DNA of 64,000 bases from Hydrolagus affinis (Eukaryota), in assembly GCA_012026655.1 (NCBI GenBank), contig JAAILG010001013.1, forward strand, positions 1 to 64,000, given 5' to 3'. Within the stretch, counting starts at the first letter, position 1. Each line of letters opens with the position of its first letter. The notes below the pieces were generated by a model, which worked only from the letters and a program-made list of their open reading frames with translations, did not search any database and was not told the DNA's origin. Positions 1-13,217 of this stretch are shown here, one piece after another. The position numbers and the translations under genes were made by a program.

Positions 1-1890
1 CAACCTTTTTAGTACTTCCTCTTGGTTTATACTAAACCTATCCATTTCTTCTACCCTCTCCTCCAATACTGTAGCATTGGCTGCATCCTCTTCTCTTGTG
101 AAGACAGAGGCAAAGTACTCATTCAGTACATCAGCCATGCCCTCTGCCTCCACAATAAGATTTCCTCCTTGATCTCTTATTGGCCCCACCCTACCCTTGA
201 CCAATCTTTTACTCTTAATATGTTTGTAAAATACCTTAGGATTCCCTTTAATGTTACCTGCTAATTGTTTCTCGTGCAGTCTTTTTGCCCCTCTAACTTC
301 CTTTTTTAGTTCTCTCCTGCACTTCCTATATTCCAATTGGTTGAATTCTGTATTCTGGGCCTGACACTTATCATAATCCTCCTTTTTTTGGTTTATTTCC
401 ACCCCAATTGCCCTAGTTATCCAGGGAGGATATTCCAACAGAGGTAAAATGCCCTACATATTACCTGTGTTGGAATGTTTCTAACCTGTGCCCGAATTAT
501 CTCTTCCTTGAACACTGCCCACTGCTTGTTAGCCATTTTTCCTGCCAATCTTTGTTTCCAGTCCACCTTGGCTAGGTCCCGCTTTAGCTCACTGAAATTA
601 GCCTTTTTCCAGTTGAGTGTCTTCACCTTTGAGTGTTCCCTATCCCTTTCCATAATTACACTGAACTTAATGATATTCTGATCGCTACTCCCTAGGTGCT
701 CACCTACAGCAACCTGCTCTACTTGCCCCACCCTCATTCCCCAAAACTAGATCCAGAACTGCTTCCTTCCTTGTTGGACTGGAAACATACTGATCGAGAA
801 AGTTGTCCTGCACACATTTCAGGAATTCTTCTCCCTCCTTGCCCTTTACACTACTGTTCTGCCAGTTGATGTCGGGATAATTAAAGTCACCCAATATCAC
901 TATTCTATTAGCTCTGCATCTTTCTGAAATCTGCTTGCAGATCCGCTTGTCTATGTCCTTCCTGCTATTTGGTGGTTCTATACTATACCTCTAACAGTGT
1001 AACTGCTCCTTTTTGTTCCTCAACTCCAACCAAATAGATTCGGTTTTCAGGCCTTCTTTCACCTCGATCCTTTCTAAAGCTGTAACCAAGTCCTTAATTA
1101 ATATTGCCACCGCCCTCCTTTTCTCCCTTCTCTATCCCTCCTGAATACATTATAGCCAGGAATGGTCAGTTCCCATTCCTGCCCTTCCTTGAGCCAGGAC
1201 TCTGTTAGTGCTACCACATCATATCCCCTTGCAGCAACTTGAGCCTGCAGCTCACCAATTCTTTTTGTCAAACTACGTGCATTTGCATACATGCACCTCA
1301 AGACAGAATTGGCCTGCTCTACACTTTTCTCCTGTCCTACCCCTCCCCTTGTCCCCTGTCTTACCCCTCCTCTAACTGAACTATTGTATGCATTCCCATC
1401 CCCCCTTAAAATTAATTTAATCGCCCCCCAACAGCGTTAGAAAATCTCCCTACAAGGACATTGGTCCCAGCCTTGTTCAGGTGTAACCCATCCATCTTGT
1501 ACAATGATCCAGGAACCTGAAGCCCTCCTTTCTGCACCACTTCTCCAGCCAAGCATTCATGTGCCTTAACCTACTGTTTAGAAATTCACTTACTCGAGGC
1601 ACCGGGAGTAATCCAGAGATCACCACCTTCGAGGTTCCAGTTTTCAGCTTTTTCCCCAGCTTCTGATACTCTCCCTGGAGCATCTCAAGCCTCTTCCTCT
1701 CAACATCCTGGGTCCCAACATGGACCACCACATCTGGATGTTCCCCTTCCCCCTCTAGAAGTTTATCCACCCGTTCGGTGACATCCCTTGCACCAGGGAG
1801 GCAACATACCATCCGAGATTTATGTTTTTGGTCTCAAAAACGCCTGTCTATACCTCGGACAGTTGTATTCCCTTATGACAATTCAAGGGC
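1..1890 (-). mobile_element. CR1-clade LINE, 5' portion (decayed ORF1 SGNH esterase and ORF2 APE endonuclease); continues beyond window start
   Basis: Minus-strand fragments: ORF1 VCCLPGA...VVVHVGTQD...SGLLPVPR...NAWLEKWCRKEGFRFLDH (1477-1812); ORF2 MRCMYANARSL..DVVALTESWL (1098-1301), GDFNYPDINW...LDLVLGN (700-900), HLGSSDQN (417-737). Frameshifts and stops separate the pieces. Confidence 0.95.
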
Positions 1891-2045
1891 CGCCTCAAGA
1901 GTCTCCTCTTTGACGGTCCCATCGTTCACCCCACCTTCTCCGATCCCGACCCCAGCTCAGGTCTGAAACACTGACGGTCCAGCGCCTTGGGACATCCTGC
2001 CGACATGAAACACACTATACAAATGTAATTTTGTTGTTGTTGTTG
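1890..2045 (+). mobile_element. L2 LINE 3' end, truncating the CR1
   Basis: cagcgccttgggacatcc...tatacaaatgtaatttt(gtt)n tail shared with other L2 copies in the window. Confidence 0.8.
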
Positions 2046-2252
2046 AAACCTGAACTCAATCCTCTGGCATGGGAAGCCAATGGAGCCACACAATAGGGGC
2101 AATAAGATCGGAGAGCCTAGGGCAAGAAGATAGTGTGAGAGAGGACTCAGCGGGAGTCAACACCTTTACCAACAAATAACCATTGAGTGACTTTGGCTAC
2201 ATAATTGCACGTGTTGTGGAGATGTTAGATGCAATATCTTTAATTTTGCCTT

Positions 2253-2337
2253 GCTTTATTATATAGGGTCATTATTATATAGGGGTTTTATTATATAAGG
2301 TCATTATATAGGGTCATTATTATATAGGGGCTTTATT
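2253..2337. repeat. Minisatellite, about 16-bp unit ttattatatagggtca, about 5 copies
   Basis: Visible tandem repetition of attatataggg. Confidence 0.85.
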
Positions 2338-2904
2338 GCCACCAGAGAAAGGGGAGTTGAACAACAATCTTCACATGCTTCTCCCATTTATGTGTTATTG
2401 ATTAACACAATGAATGTTGTCAAAAGAAAACTGAACATTGATTTGTTGATCTCCTGGTAAGATTATCAACTTGGAAAAAAAAACACGCAAAGCTCTTTGT
2501 CACGCCACAGCATGCAATGTGAATCTGAGTGTTTGAGGAGAACTGGCCAGACTCAACCTGGCGAGGCATAAGAACTGGGACTGTTTCCATTGTAAAGCGA
2601 TAATTCGTCCCGTGAGGTTGGATCGTAGCCAGAGAAAATGACAGAAAGAGACAGAAAGCAAAACAGATTGAAATAAATAAAACAAAAGGGAGAGAGAGCC
2701 TGTTTTCAGTTGCACTCTGTCATTGATGAATGATGGAGTTCACACTGAAGGCTGAATGACTGAGCTGTAATCATTGAAACCGTATTAAGTCGATTACCTG
2801 AGAATAATACGAGTTGGTTACAATTTAAATCTATTACTGTAGTTTGAAAATTAGTTAATGTTAGATTTGGTTTCTTGCAAAACAGTATGCTCATTAATAA
2901 TAAG

Positions 2905-3270
2905 AATAATCATAATCCTTGCATTTGATATAGTGCCTTTCACGTCTTCTAGACAACAACAACAACAACAACAACACAATTGCACTTCTATAGCACCTTT
3001 CCGTCAGGAGGACGCCTCAAAGTGCTTCACAGAATATACTGTAAAGTGAATTGACTGTATATTTGTAGGCGAAACTCGGCAGCCAATTGCGCACAGCAGC
3101 GTCCCCACAAACAGTCGTGGATTGAAAATAAACTATTGTTCTTTTCTGAGGGATTATTATTAGGCATGTGGAGTATGGAAACTTTCCCAAGGCTTTGCCT
3201 TGCGTGGAATTGAACCCAGTTCTCTCGCTTGTAAGGTGAGTACTCTAACTATTGAGCTACAGGACTCCAC
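2905..3270 (-). mobile_element. tRNA-derived Deu-type SINE (young family) with a double tail
   Basis: Head gtggagtcctgtagctcaatagttagagt on the minus strand, conserved body, L2-type (TTG)n tail followed by a second (TTA)n SINE tail. Confidence 0.88.
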
Positions 3271-3654
3271 CTTGTAGTGCACACCTAATTCTAATGCTCG
3301 GTTTCTTCTGATAATGTCACAATGAGTTCAGAGCTGAAAGGGTACTGGGCTTTATTTCCTTCTGAATTACCATTAGTGTGTGAGCTTTACTGTAATTAAC
3401 GAGACAGCAAAGGTGACTCCACTTAAATTTCTCAATTTAGAAACAAAGAACAAAGGAACCAGGTGAAACTGCTGAAACATTAGGCTCCTTTATTTTTACC
3501 TTTTTCATAGTTGTTGCTTTAAAGGGACAGTGTCTTTCTGAAAGAGTGCGAAGTAATTCTCGGGCAGAAATTCCAGTTGGACATACAAGTTGCTTGTTGA
3601 ACAAACAAGTAATGGTTTGAACAGAGATTGCCCGTGTACACCCTTACACACACG

Positions 3655-4243
3655 TTTGTCAGCTCAAGGCTCAACTATGGCAACTCACTCTTTGTTGGCC
3701 TCCCCAACTATTCCCTTCACAAGCTTCATCATCCTAAACTCTGCTAGTGGTGTGTCCTCTCCTGCCCAACAACTTCACCCTCGCCTCGCTCCACTACCTC
3801 CTTTGATTTGATTCCTCAGAGGATCAAATTCAAGATCCTTGGTCTCGCTTTCAAGGTCCTCCACGGCCTTGCCCCCCTCCTACTTCTCTGATTAGCTGAC
3901 CCCCTATCAACCTGTCCATTGCCTCCATTCAGCAGTCTCCAGCAGCTACTATCAGCAACTTGGCTTTCCGACTCTCTGCCCCTATGCTTTGTAACTCTAT
4001 ACCACAATCCCTCCGCCTTGCTCTCCCCTTTGCCTCCTTCAAGACTGGTTTCAAGACCCTACTGTTCAATTGTGCCTTCAGTCACCCTCCTATATTTCTG
4101 CTCTCCCTCATCTGAACTTTGCAACCCCCCCACCCACCCCCACACCCCCACCCCATGCTCGGTTTCTGACCCCTGACTGATCAGCGCCTTGGGACATTCT
4201 CCCTATGTGAAAGCCGCTCTACAAATCTAATTTTGTTGTTGTG
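3655..4243 (+). mobile_element. L2 LINE 3' fragment
   Basis: aggatcaaattcaagatcctt...ttcaaggtcctccacggccttgccccc (RIKFKIL..FKVLHGLAP) and a (ttg)n tail. Confidence 0.85.
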
Positions 4244-4349
4244 TAGCGCTTTGAGAGATTTTAGCGTTATTTGTACAATATTAACAGAATCATTATTATT
4301 ACATTTAATATGAATACGATACATGAATTCTAAATGAAACTAATAATAA

Positions 4350-4511
4350 CCTGTTCACTCAATCCACAAATATCGCTGTGCGCAATTGGCTGCCACATTT
4401 CACCCACAAAATATACAGTCAATTCACTTTCCAGTACATTCTGTGAAGTTTGTTGAGATGTCGACAAGAAGTGATAAGGTGCTACATCAAATACAAGGAT
4501 TATTATTATTT
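4350..4511 (+). mobile_element. Young SINE 3' half
   Basis: gctgtgcgcaattggctgcc...atatacagtcaattcacttt...caaggattattattatt. Confidence 0.85.
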
Positions 4512-4989
4512 ACTGTTTTTGATCCTATATATAATACTTCACATTTATTAGTATTGTATTAAACTAAAAGAATCCCAGCCTCACTTATATTAAAATCCTG
4601 GAGTTGAATGTTTGCTCTTTGTAAGGGTATGTTTTCAGTGTCCTCCCTGGTAAAAAAAAACTCCAGTAAGTTGTCATTTACAGTAATATGTTTGCTATCT
4701 CTTTTTCCATTCTCTTTTACAATCCCATTTGAATCCCTTAGGGTTTTGACATTTCCCTTGTTACCCCTTTACTGTTGTAATATTGATTTTTTTTTCGGGA
4801 AGTGATATTTTGCATTTGCTACTATGTCCCTTTCCAGTTCGCTGTTGATTTCCCTAATCTATTTTTAATCTTATTTCTGTACAGTCTTTGATTTAGCCCA
4901 AGGGTCGCGCTCTCCTTTCTCCCTACAAGCTTTATAAATCTTATTGTTGTTGTTATTCTTGTTGTATAAATTCTTCCTTTAATAAAGGC

Positions 4990-5960
4990 TTAGAAACCAA
5001 ACCAGGGAAGACACTGGGAGATAGTCGAGCCCCTGAGGAAGATGTTGATATCTACAGGAGAACAGTGTTGTCTTGCTAAGGACGAACAGAGAGAGGTCAC
5101 GGCTGCCACAAGGGAGATGGGAACAGTACCGTTGGGGGGTGAGGCTGCCAAAGAGCACAATGAGCTGCCTATAGGAGTTACACAGATAACCCGCAGAGGG
5201 CAGTAACAGTCAGAGGGAAGGTTGAGATGTTGTGGAAGAAAGGAGTCAAGGCAGTCTGGGGAGAAGAAATTCAACCTGGGTCTGAAGTCAGATTATTTCT
5301 TAACATATTTCAGAGCTGCAGAATTTGGTAAATTCGTACATTGCGTCTTAATTTTGAAAGTAGCCTCAAAAGAAGCTGAGCACAGAGAGGTGAGAGATGG
5401 CAAGGGAACATAGCAAGCCTTAAGTTAACTGAAGAGAGGGGGTATCAGAGAAGATACTAGACGATCACAAAGATAGAGAAGCAGTGAATAGATTTATAGG
5501 TAAGGATGAGGATATTGAGAAACAGGGATGGAGCCTGGCAAAGTCTAGTGTGATGATCATGCAGAGTTTGGTACAGGTGAGGATATGGGTGGCAGAGTTT
5601 TGGATCAGCTGGAATTTATGAGTGATAGATGTCATCCATAACCTGCCCAGCAAGAAGCGCATGTGAAAGGGCTTGGTGGATGGTAACAAAAACACGAACA
5701 AGGATTTGAGCAGGATTTAGTGTGAGAGGGGTGGAGGCAGGGAGGTGAAAAGAGGCTGTCTTGGTCTTGTTCAGACCCTGAACGTGACTTAAGGAAGTAG
5801 AGCAGAGGATCAAATAGGACACCAAGAGTGTGCACTGGTTCCATTTGTGTGGGGAGAGGCAGAGGAGGTTAAGGTTGTCAGAACCATTGATAAGGAGATT
5901 CTGGTAGGCAACAAGGAGGATGGATTCCATCTTGTCCACATGAAGCTGCAAGAAATTGAG
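4990..5960 (-). mobile_element. Old L2 LINE internal fragments
   Basis: Minus-strand peptides THKFQLIQNSATHILTCTKL and HTLGVLFDPLL resemble the L2 ORF2 C-terminal region seen intact at 34513-35665. Confidence 0.75.
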
Positions 5961-6149
5961 GGCTATATTGCCTGGTATTGGGTTGAGCTGTTTTGAATGT
6001 TATTGCACAGGCGGTCTCAAGTCATACTCTTTCAAAGGATTCAAAAATAATTCTCATGTTTTGTACGCAGGTCATGAATGTTTATTCAAAGGTCTGTGCG
6101 CAGGTCCTTCAAAAAACACTTTCTCCGATAAGTTTCACCTCTCACAAAC

Positions 6150-6700
6150 ACTCTCCATTTTTTTTATTTTAACCATTTTCTTATCCAAACCCATGTTTTA
6201 CTTCAGATACCCGCAGCCACTTCTAGTTTAATTAGAAGTCTTTCAAGTGGAACTTTGTGGCAAGGTTTTGAAAAGTCTAAATAAACTTCATTTTAGGGAG
6301 TGCTGTTATCTGCATTGTAATGTCCTCCCAAGTCAAGGAAGTTTCTCAGGCATGATCTTCCCCTTCTAAATCCAAGCTGGCTGTTTCTTATTAACTGATT
6401 GTAATGAATGCAATCCTCAAGCCAGCTCTTAAAATGAATGATGTTATTGATTTTAGACTAATTGGACTGTAAGTGGCTGGATAACTTTTGTTGGCCCTGT
6501 TAAATAAAGGTTTACTTTTCCCTACTCTCAGAATCTCACAGACTCAGTGATAATAAGACAATAGTTAGTCATCTAAAGATCTCCTCCTCGGTCTCTTGTG
6601 GTATTCTAGGGTGGAAACATTGGCCTCGGGACTTGTTTTTCTTATTTCTCACCAAGTTGTGAAGAACCTCTGCCTTATCCAGGTCAACTTTGTGGAATTT
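6150..6700 (-). mobile_element. Old CR1 reverse-transcriptase fragment
   Basis: Reverse complement gives decayed YSPISL, SQLGFRRGRSCL and VYLDFSK-type CR1 RT motifs. Confidence 0.7.
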
Positions 6701-8324
6701 TTCCATGGGATTTCTCAATAAAGAAATTCACAAAGTGACCCCAACACATTATCCATTCTGGGGAGTGAAGCTTCCTTGAATTATGGTGATTGAGTTGGCA
6801 TGACTCTGGTTACCGGAAAGCCTTTCAACTTGGATGTCTTAATGAAAAGAGCCACAAAGTCAACTCCCTGAAAATGCTGAACTAAAATCCCGATTCTGTT
6901 TCACCAACTTCAGATCAAAGTGTGCAGCAAAGCTTGCAATTGGAACAGTGTTGGCAAAGGCGAGGCAAAGCCAACAGTTCCGGGAGCGAAAACTAATGTA
7001 ACATACCAGTTGTCTAACATAAAGCCTGCTTAGCAGTGAAACATTGAAAATCTCACACATCGCAAAACAGACTCATTGGCATTGATATTTTATGGGCAGT
7101 TGATGCTTTCAGATCCCACGAGAAGTAACAAGTACAAAAGATAATTTGTTTTGCGAATGGCAAACATTCTGTTGTTCACTAAATATGCATTTTTCCTTCA
7201 ACACAATTAGAAGACAGACTCAATTCTCTGCAGACAGTTTCCTAAAAGGATGAGAAGATTGAAATCGACACTCAGCGACTGTGATGCGGTTTTAGTTAAG
7301 TTGAGAGCGGCTTTGCAGTAAAAATACAAGTCATCAAAACATGCAAAACAAATATGAAAATCAAAAAATGATCCTTATGAACTGTTTTCCCCCAAATGAT
7401 ATTTAAGCAAATTCATCAAATTATAACATTGTCAATGCCAATGCTAAAAAATTAATTGTGTTCTTTTAAAATATATTAGATACATAATTCGTATTTAATA
7501 GTTCATAATGAGCATGAATTGCCATAGTTTGTTTTCTTAGAAAAAGCATGTACATTAATACATTAGTTACTCTAGTCAGCTTTGTGATGGTGGGACCATT
7601 ATGAGATGTGCAATGAAGTGATACCCAGATCTTTTCTCTCAGCTTGTATTTGCATTTTGTATTTAAATAGCTGCCTTCACAACAGACAGTGTTTCAAAAC
7701 GCTTAGCTCTGGTGTACAGAAGTCTGGAATACAGTACAACTGACTCCAAAGATCCTTCCCTGAAAGACACACATCTCCATAAGAACTTAATATTGTAAAA
7801 ATGTTTTGCCTGTACAGGTAGGATGATACTTTAATAGCAAGATAGGGAGCAAATTTGTAACCTTTGAATATAAAACCATTAAGATCTGGAGCAAAGGGGT
7901 AATATATTGCGTTCAGTAACGTCCCTCAAATAAAACTGGTCATTAATTTCACGGCTGTTTTTGAGGTATTGCTGTCAACAAATTAGCTGCCTTGTTCATC
8001 CACAAACGCTGGGCTGTACAGAAATGTTGTGAAGTGTTCCAAGATTGTTCTCAACATTATAGGAACTTCAAGTCAAGGATTATTATTATTGCGTTAGCAA
8101 ATGGATATCAGAAAATGATCAAGAGGCAGAGAAGACAACGGGAGCAACTCTGCTCTGTGCTCAGTGTAGCAAATTCATTGATGTGGGCTAAGCACTATTA
8201 TGCTCCATTTGCTAAATTTAATTAATTTGCCCCATGTGCTAATGTATTACTGAAATGCCATTTTATATTATACTTTTGCTTTACATTAATAATGTAACGC
8301 CGTAATTCTAAATGTATTTATAGT

Positions 8325-8530
8325 GTCAGTTTGGTTTAGTTGGCTCTGAGTTAAACGGCCACGGGTTCAAGTTCCGTAGAAGGACTTGAGCTCAAACCTT
8401 GGGCTGACACTCCTTGTTGAAGGAGAGAGACACTCACTATCGAAGGAACAACACTCCGCATTGTTGGAAGTGCAAAAGATTGAAACCTAAAACTGATTCA
8501 GGTGGATGTTAAGGATCACAGGACACTAAG
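8325..8530 (+). mobile_element. Older Deu-SINE head and core
   Basis: gggttcaagttcc (B-box-like) ..ggacttgagc..ggctgacactcc..ttcaggtggatgttaaggatc core shared with other old copies. Confidence 0.65.
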
Positions 8531-10209
8531 GAGTCACAATAATCCTGATTCAACCAAATTCACTCTTTTTTTAAAAAAAAAACTGCTGTTTTTGTCTGGA
8601 TAACAAAAGTAATTTGGGTCTATTAATCATTTTGAGGCATTTCAACATGAGATACACAGTATCAAACACAAGTACTGTTGTGTTATTAATTGCATTTTTC
8701 AAAGGAAAGAGGTGAAAACATACTAAAGGGATTAAACAAGCATTAACTTTTATCAACATTTACCTTTCAGGGATAATATCTGTATGTTTGTGTCATCTGC
8801 AAAGTCTCTACCAATCCCTTTACTGTTTTTCCATGGATATTTACACTGTTTTTTTTATAGAGGAATTAATCGGCAATGTGCAAAAGGGGTGATGTTTGCT
8901 TCATATTGTTGCTGTTTTATGTACGTTGACAGTTAGATATCTCATTCACCCATGCAGAAGCATAATTTACACAAAATACACAGTCAATTCACTTTACAGT
9001 TTATTCTGCACTTTGAGATGTCTCACTGACGTGGTAAGGAGCGATATCAAATGCAAGGATTAGTGTTGTTGTATTGGGTTCTATTACGTGGCATGTGTAA
9101 AACACGTGTAAACACAGCTCCAATGTGCACATATGTAAACACATGTATACAGACCAAATTGTTGATGTGCTTGATTATGTAATTAATAATAAAGGTAGAT
9201 TGGTTGCTGGTTGTTTAATTCAGAGCCCCCTCAGTGTTCTCACAAGCTGTATAATGGAGCCACGTTCCCACATACTGCCACCATCTTGGATGTTGTGATA
9301 ATACAGTATCTGAACTTTTTCTGTTTTGTTTGTAAATGTGGCTCAATGTAACTTGTAGACTCCTGTGAAATTAACTGAAGCTAAAATTAATAAATTGTCC
9401 TAAATAGACTCCATGACCCCATCACCTCCATTCTCGCCCAGCTCCACCAGCTCCCTATCCTGGTTCTCACCTTCACACGCCTCTACACTGTCCACGGTGT
9501 TTCACTATCTCTGTGATCTCCTGTGACTATACTCCACATCCACTTCCTCTGCACCACCTCAACAACAACAACACCTTACACTTACATAGAGCCCTCCACG
9601 TCCCCCCTCACTCTACCCCATCATCAGCAGGTACCTACCTCTATCTCTTATACCTACCCCTACCTCTACCCCCCTCCCTCTGCCCTCCAGCTCAGATAAT
9701 GTGACAATCACTTGACGGCTGTTTGTGGGGCATTCTTATGTGCAAATTGTCTCCCTTGTTACACCCACAAAGCACACGGTTTCTACACTTTACAGAATAT
9801 TTTGTGAAGCACTTTGTGACACCATCCTGACATGCAAGATACTACACCAGATATAAGGATTATTGTAATAATTATTATTATTATTATCACCTGGGTGAAG
9901 GGTTCCAAGAGGGGTTCCCAAAGTAAAACAGCAATACTGTTTAAATATAAATATAAATTGATTAAGTTTTTAATGGTAGTAGTGCTAATCGAAGTTATTG
10001 TTGTTGTTGTTGATTGCATAATGAAGATTCATTTATCCTCAGTGTGTAGGTTTCCAAAGTGCTCAAGTGAACATTGTTAACTTGGAACTAATCTTTCACC
10101 GACATCTGATTTCACTGGCAAACATGATGTGAAGATAAGCGAGTCAGGTGCTATTTCTCCCACAGATGTCAATGCGAGGTCTGTCAATCAGAGGTGGCAG
10201 CCTGATTCT

Positions 10210-10945
10210 CTAATCTCACCTCTAGGGCTCACAAGGCTGTGGGTTCAAGCCCTGTGTGAGGACTTGGACCTCCCTTAGTCTAAGCACTGGGGAAAATAGT
10301 GATTTGTTAGAGATGCTTCTGTTGAAATGTTAAAATGAGGTCCTGTCTGCCTGTTCAGGTGGACGTTAATGATCCCATGGCATGAACTATGATGTAGATT
10401 TCTCTCAGTATCCTCGAGTCATGTCACTAAGTGGTTAGAGCACTCGACTTGCAAGCAAGAGACCTGGGTTTGATTCCCGCATTGAGTAAGTTTCCTCACT
10501 CCGCAAGCCTCTGTTTCTCTAGCAGTAGGCAGGAACCCGTTTGCTGGTCGATTGGCTTCCTCGGAGGGTAATCATTTATTTTTAAAGTTAATAATAATAA
10601 ATTGGTCCCTCAATCAACGACTGTTTGTGGGTCAGTGCTGTACACAATTGGCTACTGCATTTCACCCATAAAATATACAGTCGATTCATTTTACAATATA
10701 TTTTGTGAAGCATTTTGAGACGTCTCAAAGACATGATACGGGGCTATATGAAAGGCAAGGATTATTATTATTACGACAAACAATCCCCCAGATAAAATAA
10801 ACTAATTATTTCATACATGTTTGTAGCATTGTTGCGCTCAAATTGGCTGTCACATTTACCTACAAAATACACTGACTACACTAACAGTATATCTTTGTGA
10901 TGTCCTCGTGATGTGATATCAAATGCAAGTACTGTAGTATTATTA
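10210..10945 (+). mobile_element. Older Deu-SINE interrupted by a young SINE (about 10410-10773)
   Basis: Old core tgtctgcctgttcaggtggacgttaatgatcccatggca, then a young head agtggttagagcactcg through a ggattattattatt tail, then the old body resumes with caatcccccagataaaat. Confidence 0.7.
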
Positions 10946-13067
10946 TTGTATGATTGCCTGCATAATGGCTGAATTAATCTGAGGCAAGGCAACAAATCCT
11001 TACACATTCTAGAGAAAAAAATACATGTAATTTGCACAGCAACTATTCAATGGAGGTTGAAAGAAATACTGTATAGAAAAACAACAGCAGCAAAATTACA
11101 CTTGAAAGTGCCTTTCATCGCGCTGAAAGCCACAACAAGTCTGAACTTTTTGTTTTCTTGTTTTGTCCAAGATGTTTCTCTCTGGATCACCTGGCTACCA
11201 GCTTCCCTGTCAACACAGCTTGCGAACGATGAAATCATGCTGTGAAATTAGAATACTTCCTCGGAAAGGACCATTGCTTATTATAGGCTGTCGGTGGTTT
11301 TATTATCCGGCTGCACGCGTCATAAAAATGTTGGTAAATTCTCCATTGTGGTATTTACAATACTTTATCCCTCTAATTGGCTCAGCTACCTTCTCTCCAT
11401 ATTCTCATAAATAAATCCTGGCTGTGAAATATAGACCCGATAGCTATCAATCTGCAGGATTTTCAGTCTCAACACAATAGTTGTCATTTACACCCTTGCC
11501 ATGTATATTGCACAGCAGACTACTGCATTGTGGTCACTGGGAGTCAATTTAATAGCAATACCATCAATGTGTTTAGTAACGTTTGAAAACAAACTCCTAA
11601 AGCTGTCCTTTTATGCGACTCTGCCTATTGACAAAATATTTAATTCTGCTTAGAGCTACAGCCCCCTGTCCGCATCCTCTAAAAGACTCCCTGATTAAAT
11701 CACAGACCATTTTCTCTCTCCCCGTGATCCATCAGCAATAAAGAATTTGTTTACTGAAAATCACACACCACTCACTCCTAACCGCCATCTGCCACACTGA
11801 TGCGCACAGCACTGTCATAAAGAAACACAACAGTTTCATTGCACAGAGCTGGCCTCGCTCAGCTTCACAATTCAAACGAAGGACAAACTACCTGAAAATC
11901 AATGGATCAGGTGGCTGCGGGCTGATGTTTTAACACCTTTTCTATCCACGTTTTTTTTTAAATGCTCAGCTTTGCTCGAAAGGAAGGCTGGTGACTCAAA
12001 CAACAAATCTAATTTTGTGAGTGCTTCTGTGTATAGTCTGACATCTGACAGCGCGGACAACAGACAAGGCAACAATCCGAATGGGAGACAACATGTTATC
12101 AAATGTTACACAGCAATAGGAGGAGGCGTTTCAGATCCTCCAGTGTCTGCTAACTTATGGCCAGCGACCACACTTGAGATCAGTGTGCCCCCACCTTGCC
12201 TCTTCCCTTTCCCCCCGCATTCCCTGTGAATATGATGATATCTAAGCTGCACAGCTGTCTACAAAAGTCTGACTGCCTCTATTAAGCAAACTAAATATAG
12301 ATTTATGTTTCAATAAACAGAATCTAAAACAAAATTGAGTTTACTTCCCTCGACACATCAAAATAGTGTACAATAAGTGAATGCTATATACTGTACTTTA
12401 TATGTAAGAATGTACAGTAGCTAATGTGCACACCACAATATCCTACAAAGAGCCATGAAGTGAATGACCAATTTTAACTACCTGGGAGTGGTGGGGTGGA
12501 GGGGGGGGCACTTGTTCCCATAACCTTCTGACCCAGAGATCACTATAACTAGGCCAAGCTAACATTCACAGTAACTGAAATGTTCCGTTCACTCACAGAT
12601 TGCCAGCCAGTTCTGGTGAATCACAAACACTCTAGGGGTGATACTCCACAAACTGGTAAAAAGTCCCTTTGTTTTTTCTCCTCCAGTTCTCCCTCTTCTT
12701 TACTTTACTGTATTATAGTTCCATACGCACTAGACATCCTTTTTATCCAATATTCACACATGAGCCTTGATAGGCTCCTTGACAACTGTCCAGCCAACAA
12801 TCTCCGGATTAAAACAATGGTATTGGCTTCAGGGCTGTTTGTGAGACATTGTTATGTTGTTATGTGCAAATCACTGCTTTGTTGACTTATATCTGTAGAA
12901 TCACTACAACTGACACCAATTACTGTGAAACATTAGGCATGATGAGGTGCTGCAATCCTAAAGTGTTTGACTATTGACAACACTTAATCCCAATCCTGTT
13001 CTCACTTGAAGATGTCCACACACTGGCACCTCTGGGTCTCTGGACAGCAGTCAGGAGAGGGATCTTG

Positions 13068-13217
13068 GGAACACTCGGCAGGTCAGGCAGCATCTATGGA
13101 GAAAGAAAAGTGAGTCAACGTTTCAGGTCCACGACTTTCCTCCGCCTGACTGGTGACTGTTCCCATTGATTTCTGTTTTTATTTCAGATTTCCTGCATCT
13201 GCAGTATTTTGCATTTT
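13068..13217. mobile_element. Penelope-like fold-back remnant (two inverted 3' ends)
   Basis: Left arm is the reverse complement of the Penelope 3' UTR seen at 24260-24343. Right arm ends atttcagatttcctgcatctgcagtattttgc. Flanked by imperfect 15-bp direct repeats at 13053-13067 and 13218-13232. Confidence 0.75.
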
